DNA from: Balanoglossus misakiensis
Lineage: Eukaryota > Animalia > Hemichordata
Length of the DNA stretch: 64,000 nucleotides
Direction of reading: 5' to 3'
Assembly: GCA_040954595.2 (NCBI GenBank)
Contig: CM082591.2
Span: 5,301,009 to 5,365,008, forward strand
Shown one piece after another: positions 23,535-35,600 of the stretch. Positions within the stretch are counted from its first letter, which is position 1. Every line of letters starts with the position of its first letter. The translations under genes and the position numbers were made by a program. A model generated the notes under the pieces. That model was not told the DNA's origin. It did not search any database and saw nothing but the letters and a program-made list of their open reading frames with translations.

Positions 23535-26500
23535 ATGGCGACGCTGTGCGCGGGAGGGATTTTGACAGGATTTTTCGCGCTATTTCTCTGTGTCTGCGTT
23601 CACGGCATTGAAGGTGAGTCCCAATGTTGTGTAGTGAGCTATTAATATAAAGTTCATTCAAAGATTCGGGTCGTTCACCGTATTAGGCTAAGTACCTTCG
23701 CGTGTCATCTGCCGTAGTTAGCGACTTGATATCTATGATCTCTTGTAATTGTTTGCGAATATTCTACAAACAATCACAGGAGCAACTGACCAGCACCCCA
23801 AGCACATTCGGGCTTTCGTTTTAATATCTAACAACACCTTACTAAACAGGGCACAGAGAGTTCGCCCCTCAAGACGCTACTCAGGAAATCAAAAATATAT
23901 CATCATCTGTACTCGTCCGAAATTCCGTGTCTGTAAATTTTATTCAGTATTGAAAATGTTATTTTAATATGCAGTCATTGGTAATACAAGTAACGTATTG
24001 ACATGTCCCACGCACACAAAAAACCTAGATATGTTATGAGCGCGGGGTTTTGAAAAAAATGGAAGTGAATTTATGGATTTAAGTTTCGTGTCAGTTCCCT
24101 TAATTAGCTTGTGAGGCCCGTGATATCATATTTGTGATTGCGGATTTCCTGATCAAGCTATATCTTCCACCAGAGAACTATATTAATGGAAATATCTTTC
24201 TATTAACTTTATTTCTGTGTCAAAAAAAATATTTCAGTACTGGGGAAAATTCTTGAAAATAGCGTAATTCTCGCCCCCGCCGTCGTTTTAACAGAACAGT
24301 TTGTGTATTGTCGGCAAAACAGTGACTCAAATTACGAGCATTTATTTCCTCAAAAGGCAAAACTATTTTTGGCTGTACTTTCGCATCTGCAGATAGCAAA
24401 AACATTGAACCACTCAAGATTACATAACTGTGTGGCGATGAAATATTTCAATTCAACCCTCTGATAACTCGGTCTGGTGTACAGTAAATTAAACTCTTTC
24501 TTTGTCGTGCCAGACTGAAAAATCTGCCGCCGTGGTTCCCACTAGAAAAGAACAACAACAACATCATGATTAATGGCGACAGGCAACCATGCAGCCACTG
24601 TATAGTTTACATGTAACGCTTTAGGTGTTAAGGTTGTGACCTGGCGCCACCATGCTGCTGATGAACAATGACACCATGGGGTTCGAAACAAACCAGTCAA
24701 AACTGAAATCGATGAGATTTTTTCAAACACTGCATGTGACAGATGGCCCCCATGACTTTTAACATTTTAGAGTGACAGAGTCGCCCTGTCTAGCCTTTCT
24801 GTGATATCAAGAATGCATGGTGTACAAAATGGTGTGCATTACTTCAGTGTCACAAATCTACCCATGTTTCTGTATGTAAGTGGTAGTTTTGGTCGTGTCC
24901 TCTCAGTACATGAAAAAGTGTCAACAATATAATTTTTTGACAAGTGATGATTAAGGCCCTGTATGAAGGAAATTGAAAATGGGTGGGCGAACATAGCAGA
25001 AAACTCCGCTCGGGAAAACCCCGACTGGTCTTTCTGCACGACAACAAAGATTCACTGTCTGGTAGCTCTTCAAACGTGGCGACCTAAATTTAGAAGTGAA
25101 CTAGTGTGTGTTTTTCATCTTTGTCCCGTTTGGGTTTTATAGTTAAGGGCTTGTATGTCTTAAATTAATGTAACTACACCCTGGCGAGACATTGCTGTTG
25201 AGTAAAATGACACCGGGTTAATCTTGCCCAGTGAAAGAACCTGAATTCATATGGAGACATACTTGAAATTATGTAACAATTTCAATGTACATGTATTTGG
25301 GGTTTTTTTTTCACAGAACGACTCCGACTTGTCGATGGCATATATCCATTTGAAGGACGAGTTGAAGTGTATATAAATGAAACTGTTGCGGAGTGGTTAC
25401 CAGTGTGTTGGTCTGGGTGGCATTTTTCTGATGCTGACTTTGTTTGTAATCAACTGGGTTAGTATCTAGTATCCAGTCTTTGTAGACTTAAAGGGTCATT
25501 AGCTGTAACTTTTGACTATTTTTTATTACTTGTGTTCTGTGTACTAACACCAGTTTCCTATCCTTACCCGCACATAATGCTCAAGTGTCCAGTATTCTGA
25601 TTGTCAACGTAGCCTACACATGTGAAATGATCATTGTTATTGTCGAAAATTGAATTCAAGTCCGGACTAGAATACAAACTTTCAACAACAACAATGCAGA
25701 TTGTACTCATATAGGGGATGTTAATGAACAAAATACTGGGCATTTCATCATGGTTCAGGGATTCCAACCAGAAACTGTAGTTGATACATAGAACAAACAA
25801 AATAAGAAAATGACCAAAAGATACAGCTAATGGATCTTTAAGTATAGTCATCCAGAATGGCATCTGTGCATGTACCTGTTTAAAGCATATGCCAATTAAT
25901 GAGAATATTTGAAAATCAAGAATTGTTTGCGGAAGAGTGAATACACAAAATATATTATCCGCAGGACACGATATGAAATTATTTGTGTACTCATTACCAG
26001 AATCAGGAAATTCGATTTCACAGGTTATGAAGGTGCTATGCGGTCCCGGCGAATGTCTGGTGCTTTAGCGAGGGATTCCCGAAGAGCGGTGGCGTGGTTT
26101 GATTGTGTTGATGGATCTACGACTCTTGACGACTGCACGTACAGCATCATAGCCTCTAAAGATTGCAACGACACCGCTATCATAAGATGTAATTGTAAGT
26201 CTCCTCGTGATTATATTATTGTATTATTTTGATTGTTAGAGAAAACGACATGAACAATCTTAGTGCACCTTTACTGTCCGACAATACATCCAGTTTATTG
26301 CAAACGCCATCCACTTTGTTTTGGGGTCAAGTGTGTGTCTACATAATTGCATGTGTTAGAATTTTTTTGGCATGGCTATTTCTGTAGACATAAGACATTT
26401 GTCTATGCACGGAACTGTTGATAAAGAAGGATCAGCCGTGCATCGCATATGCCTTGTAAAGTTTATGTGATGTGATTAATATAATGCGTAATCATCACGT

Positions 26501-29500
26501 TTGATTGATAGATATCGGATATGCAGGCTGCTATCGGTACAATGAAGTTGAACCAGGATGGAATTCAACAGACATGTTCACCAATTCAAGAATGACGATA
26601 CAGTTGTGTCTTGCGTATTGTCGATCACGTGATATGGACTATGCAGGATTGAAGAACAAAGTAGAATGTTACTGTGGGCAAACGAGCCACGCCGGTTGGC
26701 CGGCACAAAACAGCAAGTGTGGTGGTAAATGTCAAGGAGACAACAGACAAGCATGTGGAGGAGGGCAATTCGTATCCATATACCCAAGTAAGCGACAAAC
26801 TTCAGTTGGTAAAATCAATTGGGAAGCGGGAACATGTTCATTTATTACATTTTGCGCTCTTCCAAAATGTTGAATTAATTATTTGTTAAGCAAAGGGGTT
26901 AATTTTGATGAAAACGAAAGTTTGTATGTCTGTACTTTTAAAACGTATGTTGGTTTGTCTGTACTTACCAATAATGCCTTAAACATAACCGAGTTCTTAG
27001 TAGAACCAACCAACAAATAATTCACAAATGTAAATCTCCACCTCCCAAAACAACAAACAAACAAACCTGAAACACATAGAGAGTACGAGTTTACTGCTGT
27101 TCAATGTTATAATCTAAACATGAATAGCATAGCAATGTTGAATGATCATAGCAATTTCGCTCGAGAATTTGTGACATCTTCCGTTGTCAGGCTCGTGTCC
27201 AAAAAGCAGGATTAGTAATGTTACTCTGGCAAACTAATTCTGTTATTCCAGCAACAATTGGAGCGTGTGGGGGCACTGTCGATGGATCGGGAGTCATATA
27301 TTCCCCTGGCTTCCCAGGAGGTTACTCAGAAAACCAGACGTGCACGTGGAGAATAGCATTACCCCGAGAAAACACCACCAGGCTGAACAGAATATTCTGG
27401 ACTATGTCGACCATAACCGGACGCAATGACTCACTCAGGGTTACCGAAGAGATGGATGGCATCACTTACGAGATCGGCTCCTTTGGTCCTGAATCGAACC
27501 TACCGAGAGACTTACATTCTTGCTCCAACGAAGTTGTGTTCACATTTTCTTCCGGAAGCATACATGCTTCCAGCGATGGAATGTTTGCTTTCCAAATAGA
27601 AGGTATTGTAACCTAAAATTCTGGAGGTTCAGATTCTCTAATGGTTGTTGGAACTTGGTCGTCAATTATAACCCTGACAATATGATTGCATTCAGTCTGT
27701 TTTATATTTGTCATAGAATTGTTGTTGCTACTTCAACGTCCCCCAAATTGTTGTTGCTACTTCAACGTCCCCCAAAATGGTTATATGGTACAGCAATAGT
27801 AATTAGTGAATGTGCGAACTTCAATTATACAAGAGGTTCGGTAAATAACAACCTTATCAAAATATGCTCTTTTCAGGAGTGACCAAGGGTTGTCAACTTC
27901 CACGGTCCATCCCAAATGGTAATTTCCATATTATGGGTAACTGTCCACAAGACTATTCCCTGAATGTTAGTTGTAACGAGGGTTTTACAACAACGGAGTC
28001 GGGACCAGTCGTTAGCTGTGGCGATGACCAACAGTGGCGTGGTAATATTCCAGTTTGTATTGGTAAGCACCGATTTGAATTTTTTTCCATGAAAAAAAAA
28101 CAATGGGAAATTAGCGGAACTGATGGGTATGATGGTGGTGATGGCAATTAGATAAAAGGTATAAAGCGGTTAATTTCCATTGGCATTAATAAATTACCTT
28201 ACTTGCAATCACTGTACACAGAAATTACTTGTGGAAATCCTGGAAACGTATCTGACGCAAACCAGGAAGGGGACACATATACTTACCAAAACACAGTAAA
28301 ATATTCATGCCACGATGGGTACTACATTGTCGGGAATGACACCATTGCTTGCATGAGAGATGGAACATGGACTGAAAAACCCACCTGTATTTTGGCAGGT
28401 ATGTAAACAAAATGTGCCTTGATTTAGCAGTCAATCTGCCTGAGTTGTGTTTGATTTTCCCTTCTTCATCTCATATTTCTATGTCTAATTAATTTTTATC
28501 GTGTCATTGTTATTGAATAAATAATGTATGATATAATGTTATACACAGATCCTGTAGCTAACCAAGTTTTTGGTACTCCTGCGGGTGAGTGTGACATTGA
28601 TTTATTCTAAATGTGTATATATGCAGTGACATAAACATAAGATCTTTCTACTATATTGTAATGGCAGTATTCGAATTTGACTCTGGTCTTTCACGGATTC
28701 CCATTTTAGTGAGGTTTCACACTCAAATTATTCTCGTGAGAAACACGCGAGAAACATTCATAACCTTTTTAAAGCAAGTTGGATTAAACCAAGAGCCATA
28801 TTGCAGTTAGTGCAGCACTATTTTATCAGGAATGGGATATACGATCAATTACATGTTTTGTTTCCCCAGGTCCTATTACAGGCGCACTTATTGGAGTATT
28901 TGTCCTGATATCTTTGTGCATAGTAGCATTCCTCTTGTACAGAAGGCAAGTTTCTCAATTTGTATCTTTTTTCCAATTGGTGAATATGTATTTGATCTTG
29001 CGTCATCATTGACGACTGTGTTCCTTGGGTATCGGTTTTTAGTCGTCATCTTATGGGTAGTAAGGTTTGTGTGAAACTTTGAAGAATTGAAGATTTATTA
29101 ATTGACTTGTACATACAGGACAACTTAATAGACCACCAAATGAAACTAAAATAACCAAAATAATGTCTGTCAGAAGCTAGCGATGTTGTCCCTTTCAAAG
29201 AAATTCAGACCTTCGATTTAATTGTTCCACAGGAAGTGCCATCAAAAACCAACCAGACGCGATACACTGTCGCTGATAAGGACAAGCAAAGAAACAGAGA
29301 TCTCCAACACAACGTGTCTTGATAACCCAACTAATGACTACGCAAACAGTAAAGATACGGTACTTGAGATAGATGACGTACAATGCTTTGATGAAGAACT
29401 GTCAAAGAAAGCCGATGTGGACGATGATGTGGAGTTTGGACAACTTGGAGGAGGAAATGTTAAGAAAACCTTGGCTGACAGCAGTGTAGATGTTATGTCA

Positions 29501-31819
29501 GAAAGAAGGCCAGGCAAGGAAACTAAACAACATGGTATCCCTCCTCCACAAGCAATGGCCGACAAGACAAAGTTTAAAGAACAACACCATGATATAACAT
29601 ATGAAGAGGCTGAAATTGGTCAACAAGTTCAACTTGATGGAACAACGGAAGCATCTCAATATGATAGGTCAAGCAGAAACGGTTCGGCCAGAAGCAACTC
29701 TTCGAAAACGTCTTTCAAAAAAGCTAGCAGAAGCTTGTTTTTGAAGGTCAAGGGTGTATTCGTCGGCAGACATGAGCGCATCGAAGGAGACGTGAGCAAT
29801 CTCACGAAGGGCAAAGATGAAATCGAGAGTACCCAGAATGAGGATGAGGATGTGTATTCAGAAATAAACGACAAAGAAGGATCTCCTGATGGGAAGACTG
29901 CATATGAGCAGCACGTAGATGAAAGTCCCAGGGATAACCTGAAATTCATAAAAAAGATTGGACATCTTGTGTTGCCAACGGAGGAACGTGCTAAGCTATC
30001 AAATGGTGCCATTCAAGAGCCATCTGTCGATCAGAAAACAGAGAAAGAGACTGCAGGTGCGGCTACAGGGAACGTTAGCGTAGAGATGGAACAAGCCAAC
30101 AGGGACTGTCAAATTGAAATGACAGAAAATATATTGTACGATTTTGGTACTGATCCAATAATTGACGAGGAAAACGTTTACGCAAGTGTTGCAGATGACG
30201 AATTTGCTTCCGTAGACAATGTTCTGTACGAATCTAGTGAACAGGACGCATCTGTGGAGAAGGGTCGTGCTGTTACAGACACCATTGGCGAACCCTGTCA
30301 GAATGCATCGCCATGTTCATCACAGGACAAAGAAATCACACCAAATTCTGGACACACTGGCAGCTTTGTGAAGAAGCGTGAACACCACAGAAACACACAG
30401 GAGGGCAACACATCATATGCATCAGCTGATTATGGTGGAAAAGAGGTAGAACAGGAAGAAACACGTCGAGGAACAGATGACAACGACGCTGACAATGTCT
30501 ATTCAGAGATAGACACCAATGGCAACGAGGGGTTTGTGGACAACATCCTTTATGATGTCAAACCGCACGTGCCAAATCAGTCTGCAGGAAGCAAAGTTAA
30601 TGATCGCAAACAGATCGAGGGGAAAGTCACCGGAAACCCAACGTCTTGTTCTAGTGACCCAACGGGTGACGGTGTTGTTACTGACAGGCGAAGAGACAGA
30701 CCAATGCATGATCACGACACGTTTTTAAGAAAGTGTGATAGTGAGAATGGGGGGAGTAAACAGCCTGATTCAGGTACATTTGAAATGGTCGACAATGTGT
30801 TATACGAATCAGTTGACCAAGATCTCACTGACAATACACACCAACCCAGAGGTATTGATACTAATGTGGCGGAAGGTATGGGGCGTAAGAATACAGATGA
30901 TGCAGAAGAAGTCGTGTATGAGCTGGCAACAAGCAACCCACTGGCTAATAGGAGAGAAACAGAACAGAGTGAAACCCAAGGGCAAATGCAAAGCCCCGGC
31001 CAGCAGTGCACTAGTTTGACAGAAGGTATGGAGTGTAAGAAGACAGATGGTGCAGACTTAGTTGAGTATGAGCTGGCAACAAGCATCCCAGTGGCGAATA
31101 GGGCGGAAACTGAACAGAGTACATCCCAAGGGCAACTGCTAAGCCCTAGTCTGAAATTCCTGGAAATTGAACCCAACCCTGGTAGCAAAATTGTGCCTGT
31201 TTACCCAGAAATTACCACTACTGAAGTGGCGGCAACCAGTGGCGTGGAAGAAGCCGGCGACGAGGGGATGGTTGACAATATCCTCTACGATTCAATGGAA
31301 AACATGGTAAAAGATGTCTATGATGATGGCATGACTCTTGGCAATAGTGATCCTTTGACAGAAGGGGACACAGGACAATCAAACAACATGCACGACAATA
31401 GTCACGACGGAGACGGTGTCTTCAGGAATGAAAACAGAGAGCAAATTGCCAAACAATCTGGCGTTGATGATAAGAGAAGAGATATGTCCTTACCTGCAGC
31501 AGACATGGTTGACAATGTTATCTATGAGTCAATAGACAACGACCTAGACGATGGCGTTCAGGATGATTCGCCTAATACTAAACCGGTTTCCATGAACGTT
31601 ACTCACAGACACGACCCCTCGAAGGAAACTACTGCAGACCAAGCCAAAGGCAAAATGGGTTACCTGGCAAAGTTTGGACAGAAGGTGATGCCGGATGAAC
31701 TTTCTCCTAGGTCCATTACGTCTCCCAAAGAGCTAGACGAACCGTCTAATGTCGATGGAGCCAGAGTTAGTAACAGGGAAGGTCATTTTGGATACGGACC
31801 GGAAGTAACTGACGTGTAG
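23535..31819 (+). CDS. SRCR-WSC-CUB-2xCCP-TM receptor 1 with ~860 aa tyrosine-motif-rich tail (spliced, 10 exons)
   Basis: Exons: signal 23535-23613 (MATLCAGGILTGFFALFLCVCVHG); SRCR 25317-25457 (RLVDG..EGRVEV..W.PVC..VCNQLG) and 26024-26194; WSC 26512-26787; CUB 27252-27602; CCP 27877-28062 and 28222-28398; linker 28549-28584; TM 28870-28945 (GC donor); tail 29233-31819. Phases are consistent. Confidence 0.85.
25488..25841. mobile_element. Non-autonomous DNA transposon (Kolobok-like MITE) in an intron
   Basis: TTAA flanks; imperfect terminal inverted repeats ttaaagggtcattagctgtaacttttgac... / ...ccaaaagatacagctaatggatctttaa. Confidence 0.7.
27717..27775. repeat. 29 bp tandem duplication in an intron
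   Basis: aattgttgttgctacttcaacgtccccca present twice. Confidence 0.85.
30871..31147 (+). repeat. 150 bp-period coding repeat in the receptor 1 tail
   Basis: EGMGRKNTDDAEEVVYELATSNPLANRRETEQS versus EGMECKKTDGADLVEYELATSIPVANRAETEQS. Confidence 0.85.
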
Positions 31820-32655
31820 ATATCCTATCATCTGACTAACCGGAAATTGAAAGTGAGGGCAGTCACATCGCTCACAGGGGTAGTCATTATGAAGGGGTTA
31901 GCATATCACCGGGGATCGACATTGATTTGATTTTCAGTTATGGTAATACTGAGAAAACTATTCAGCTTCATGAAAAAATAGTATTGACAATACGTTCATC
32001 CATCGAATTTAGTTTCAAGAAAGTTGTTATTGACATCAACATCCTTTCTCCCACCGGATTAAGCTTTAGGAAAATCCATTATTTTAACAATCTGTTCAAC
32101 GCCACAGTCAGTTTCAAAGGTATTCATTTATTCAGCATTATGATACAGTATTATGACATGTCATAAATACATGATGTGATTTTAATAATTTTTGTTTATA
32201 TTTGACGAGCTGCATTTTCTGCAGGATAAATGAGAAATAACGAACGATTGGTTTCACTGCCAACTGATCTACTATTGATAATGATTCCTCTTATCCCAGA
32301 CAGTGGTTCTTAATTGACTCAACACATTTTCTTTTACATGTTGAGTTTGATAATTGATTTGATTTTTGACTATATACATAATACATGATAAGCGCATGAA
32401 TTGGTCATTATATTCCATTCTAAAGTCATAAACGCCATGCTAGTATATGTCACAGTGTGGGGTTTTTGATTTCACTTTATCGTCCCATGAAAATCATAAA
32501 CATAATCATAAAGAAAATAGTCATAATTAATGGTGTATTCACTTGTATACAGTGAATAGTCAAACATTTTGTTACATGCTGTCGTCATATGTCAGTCTGC
32601 TCCCTCCGAATATAGTCAAGACGATATATCACCACACTTTTAAATGTACAGCCAT

Positions 32656-35600
32656 CTAGCACCAACCCGGGGACCACACGCCACCAAAGTTACTTGGGTG
32701 AGATTCTTCCGATGCATCTGGAAAGAATGAAGGGGTACCATCCATGTAACTTTCGGCTCGTTCTTGGAGCTCTCGAACCTTCTCGGGCATAACTTCTGAC
32801 AAATCGTGTGTCTCTCTGGGGTCGTCTATAAGAAAATATGCAATTCATAAAAAAATAAGAAATTAGAGAAAACGCGAGTCTCATTATTGTGAAATGTCAG
32901 AAAACAGGTCCCAACTCATAAAAGGACCTTTGTCATAGCCCTTCAAAACATGGTGGAATAATATGTCATCCACAACCACAGGACTGTATTTTGCCATCAA
33001 ACAAATCCGTGTAATAAACAGACCGTGTTTATAGCCAAATGCTTACTAATAAAGTATTTCACATAATCATTCCAAAACACGTATGAGCTCTAACAAATAC
33101 GAGTAATACAACCTGCTATATTGAATAACAGAGTTTTATTCTTTGGAACCGGTTCCACATCAGGAATGTCAGGGTCTTCTATCTCAGGAGGAGGAACCCA
33201 GCGATCTGTGATTAATACAATTTTCGTGCAGAGACAAAATTAGTGATTGATTTTATATACAGAAATGTCCATAGCAATAAATATTGGCTAGTAGAACTAC
33301 GTCAATGCAAACAAAACATTATTATTTTAGTCAATGCACATAAAACATTATTATTTTTATACGTTTTAATAGTCATGTCTATATATAACATGAAGGTTCA
33401 TGGTATTACCACAATTAGCAGGATTAGGCATACATGTTGTGTGGAAAATTACATACATGTACAAATAAAGTAACATTCCTACTCTACTCATATGTTTACA
33501 TTGGTAATGTTCCCAACCTTTCCATGATATTTTCTAATTTTCTACATGATTTGCATGCACTAACACGTACTGCTGTGAAGTTAGTGCCAGGTCTAAAGTT
33601 CAATTTTGATACCATGTGGTGATTAAGGCCAATATTTCGATTTTTGTTCTGTAAAACAGACTATATATACAATATTACCTTGTGGAGGTAGATCCATAAG
33701 CCCGACAGTAACATCATGAGTTCCATATATCAGCTTGTAATCTCCACTTCTACGTATAACATGTATACAAGAATGCATTTTGTATAAATGGTTGCGAATA
33801 TCACCACAATTAAACACTGATGTATGCGTCCATCTCTATAACACGTTATCTATTTATTTTGACCAATTTTACTGTCAAACGTGTTTAAATGTATGTAACA
33901 AAGGGATGACTGTAAATAATATCATTTTAACAGACAAAAACTTACCTTATTGTGTAATCAACCAATTCCGGATGATGTGGATCTAAATGATGAAGTATTT
34001 CGTTTCTCGGAGACGGATCGCCCTTCGATATTGTGTCCCACACATCCAACCCATCTATACCAGCCGCTGTGGGAAAGAAATAAATGTATACGTCACATAT
34101 GTAACCGATTTTACTATGGAAACTACAGATCTAACCAATCACAGATTGCATGTGCTAAACAAGGCCTTACAATCTTGTTATTTTTACACACAGCCAATTA
34201 TACTTTTCATTTGTGAAATAATATGTTTTCTCACCTGGTGTACCGCCAGCAAGAGTCAATAAAGTAGGGAAAAGGTCAACCATGTCGATCAGTCTGTAAA
34301 AAATATGCGTGACAATACTTTGAGTCAAATTTGTGTTTAATAACAATGATAAACTGTTTCTAAATGTGTTTCAAAATTACCAAAGCTTTCGGGGCCCTTC
34401 TTGAAGTCTGCTTCTTGTCTACATGGCTCGAATGCAAATAAATCCATGTGATACAATTGTCATGTTTTAGACACTCACAAAGAGGCAATTCTCAATGTCA
34501 CTTATGTAATTCCACAGAAGGTAGTTGGTGGTCGCAGTATCACATGTTTCTGGGGGCATGGAAGCTATTGTTTGATCAATAGACATAAATACATGCATTT
34601 GATTTCATTGTTACACATTGCCATGTGTTTGTTATACTCACTCATCATTAACGTAACCTGTCTTTTTCAGCATCTTTCCGTGAACAAACGCATTTGATTT
34701 CAGAGCACCTTCGAAGGTTGTTGAACCGCCGCCTCTCAATGGCCAGTTTCTACCAAGTCTAACCCATGCACCATGCTTGATGACAACATTAAAAGATAAT
34801 TATATGATATTCTGCATATTGCGAGATCTCTTTGGACTTAATTAATTACCAAGCAATTGGTTGCTAGCCGAGTATTAATACATTTTTTTATATTTGATAT
34901 AATAAGTAACTATCCAAGAGTAAATACTCGGCACGAAAGTGAGCTAAGGAGTTTTGCATTGGAGAGGCAGACATACAGACAAATGGACATTTTTAAGTTC
35001 AAAAACACAGACAGACAAACAAACAAACAAACAAAACCTGAATGACCAAGGCCCCTGTGTTAAACATTTACCAGATGAATTTCGATTACTCACGTCAGTA
35101 AGGTATAAAAACAAGGTGTTTTTCCACATTTTTCTTTCCTTCAAAGCTGTTGTGATGTTGCCAACAGTTTCGTCTAACATGGTCATCAAACCTAATCCGA
35201 AGGGGAAAAAAATAACACGGTTTAACCGAGTTGCACCGACGGGCGCCCTTTACGGGCAAACATAGACATGTAAACAGACTAAGCGGTTCTTGTACTTCCG
35301 GTAGTATGGGGCAATCAAAATTCAACATCTGACACGACGAATGCGTTAAGCCAAGCTAGAAAGGGTCACTTTGCTAAATTAGTAAGCGATTAAATGACCA
35401 ATGCTGCAATGACAGGGTTTTCGTAGAGTTGTTAGTCAAACTGACCGATCCATACTACCGGAAGTACGAGGTTGTAAGGTCACATAGGGGTCATGAAAGT
35501 AGCATATGACTTCACCTCGAAAGCACTGTAATTCTGGCATTGTTGGTGTGGGCTCGTACATATCTCGATACTTGTCGGGAACCTAATGGAAAGAAAACTT

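Larger units (their letters stand above)
14064..23590. repeat. ~9.5 kb segmental duplication block 2 (A3+B2 plus flanks)
   Basis: Collinear with 4541-13865. Confidence 0.92.

Noticed and set aside
29222-31819. 865 aa ORF as a stand-alone gene
   Set aside because: It starts at a splice acceptor in phase with the upstream TM exon, so it is the terminal exon of receptor 1
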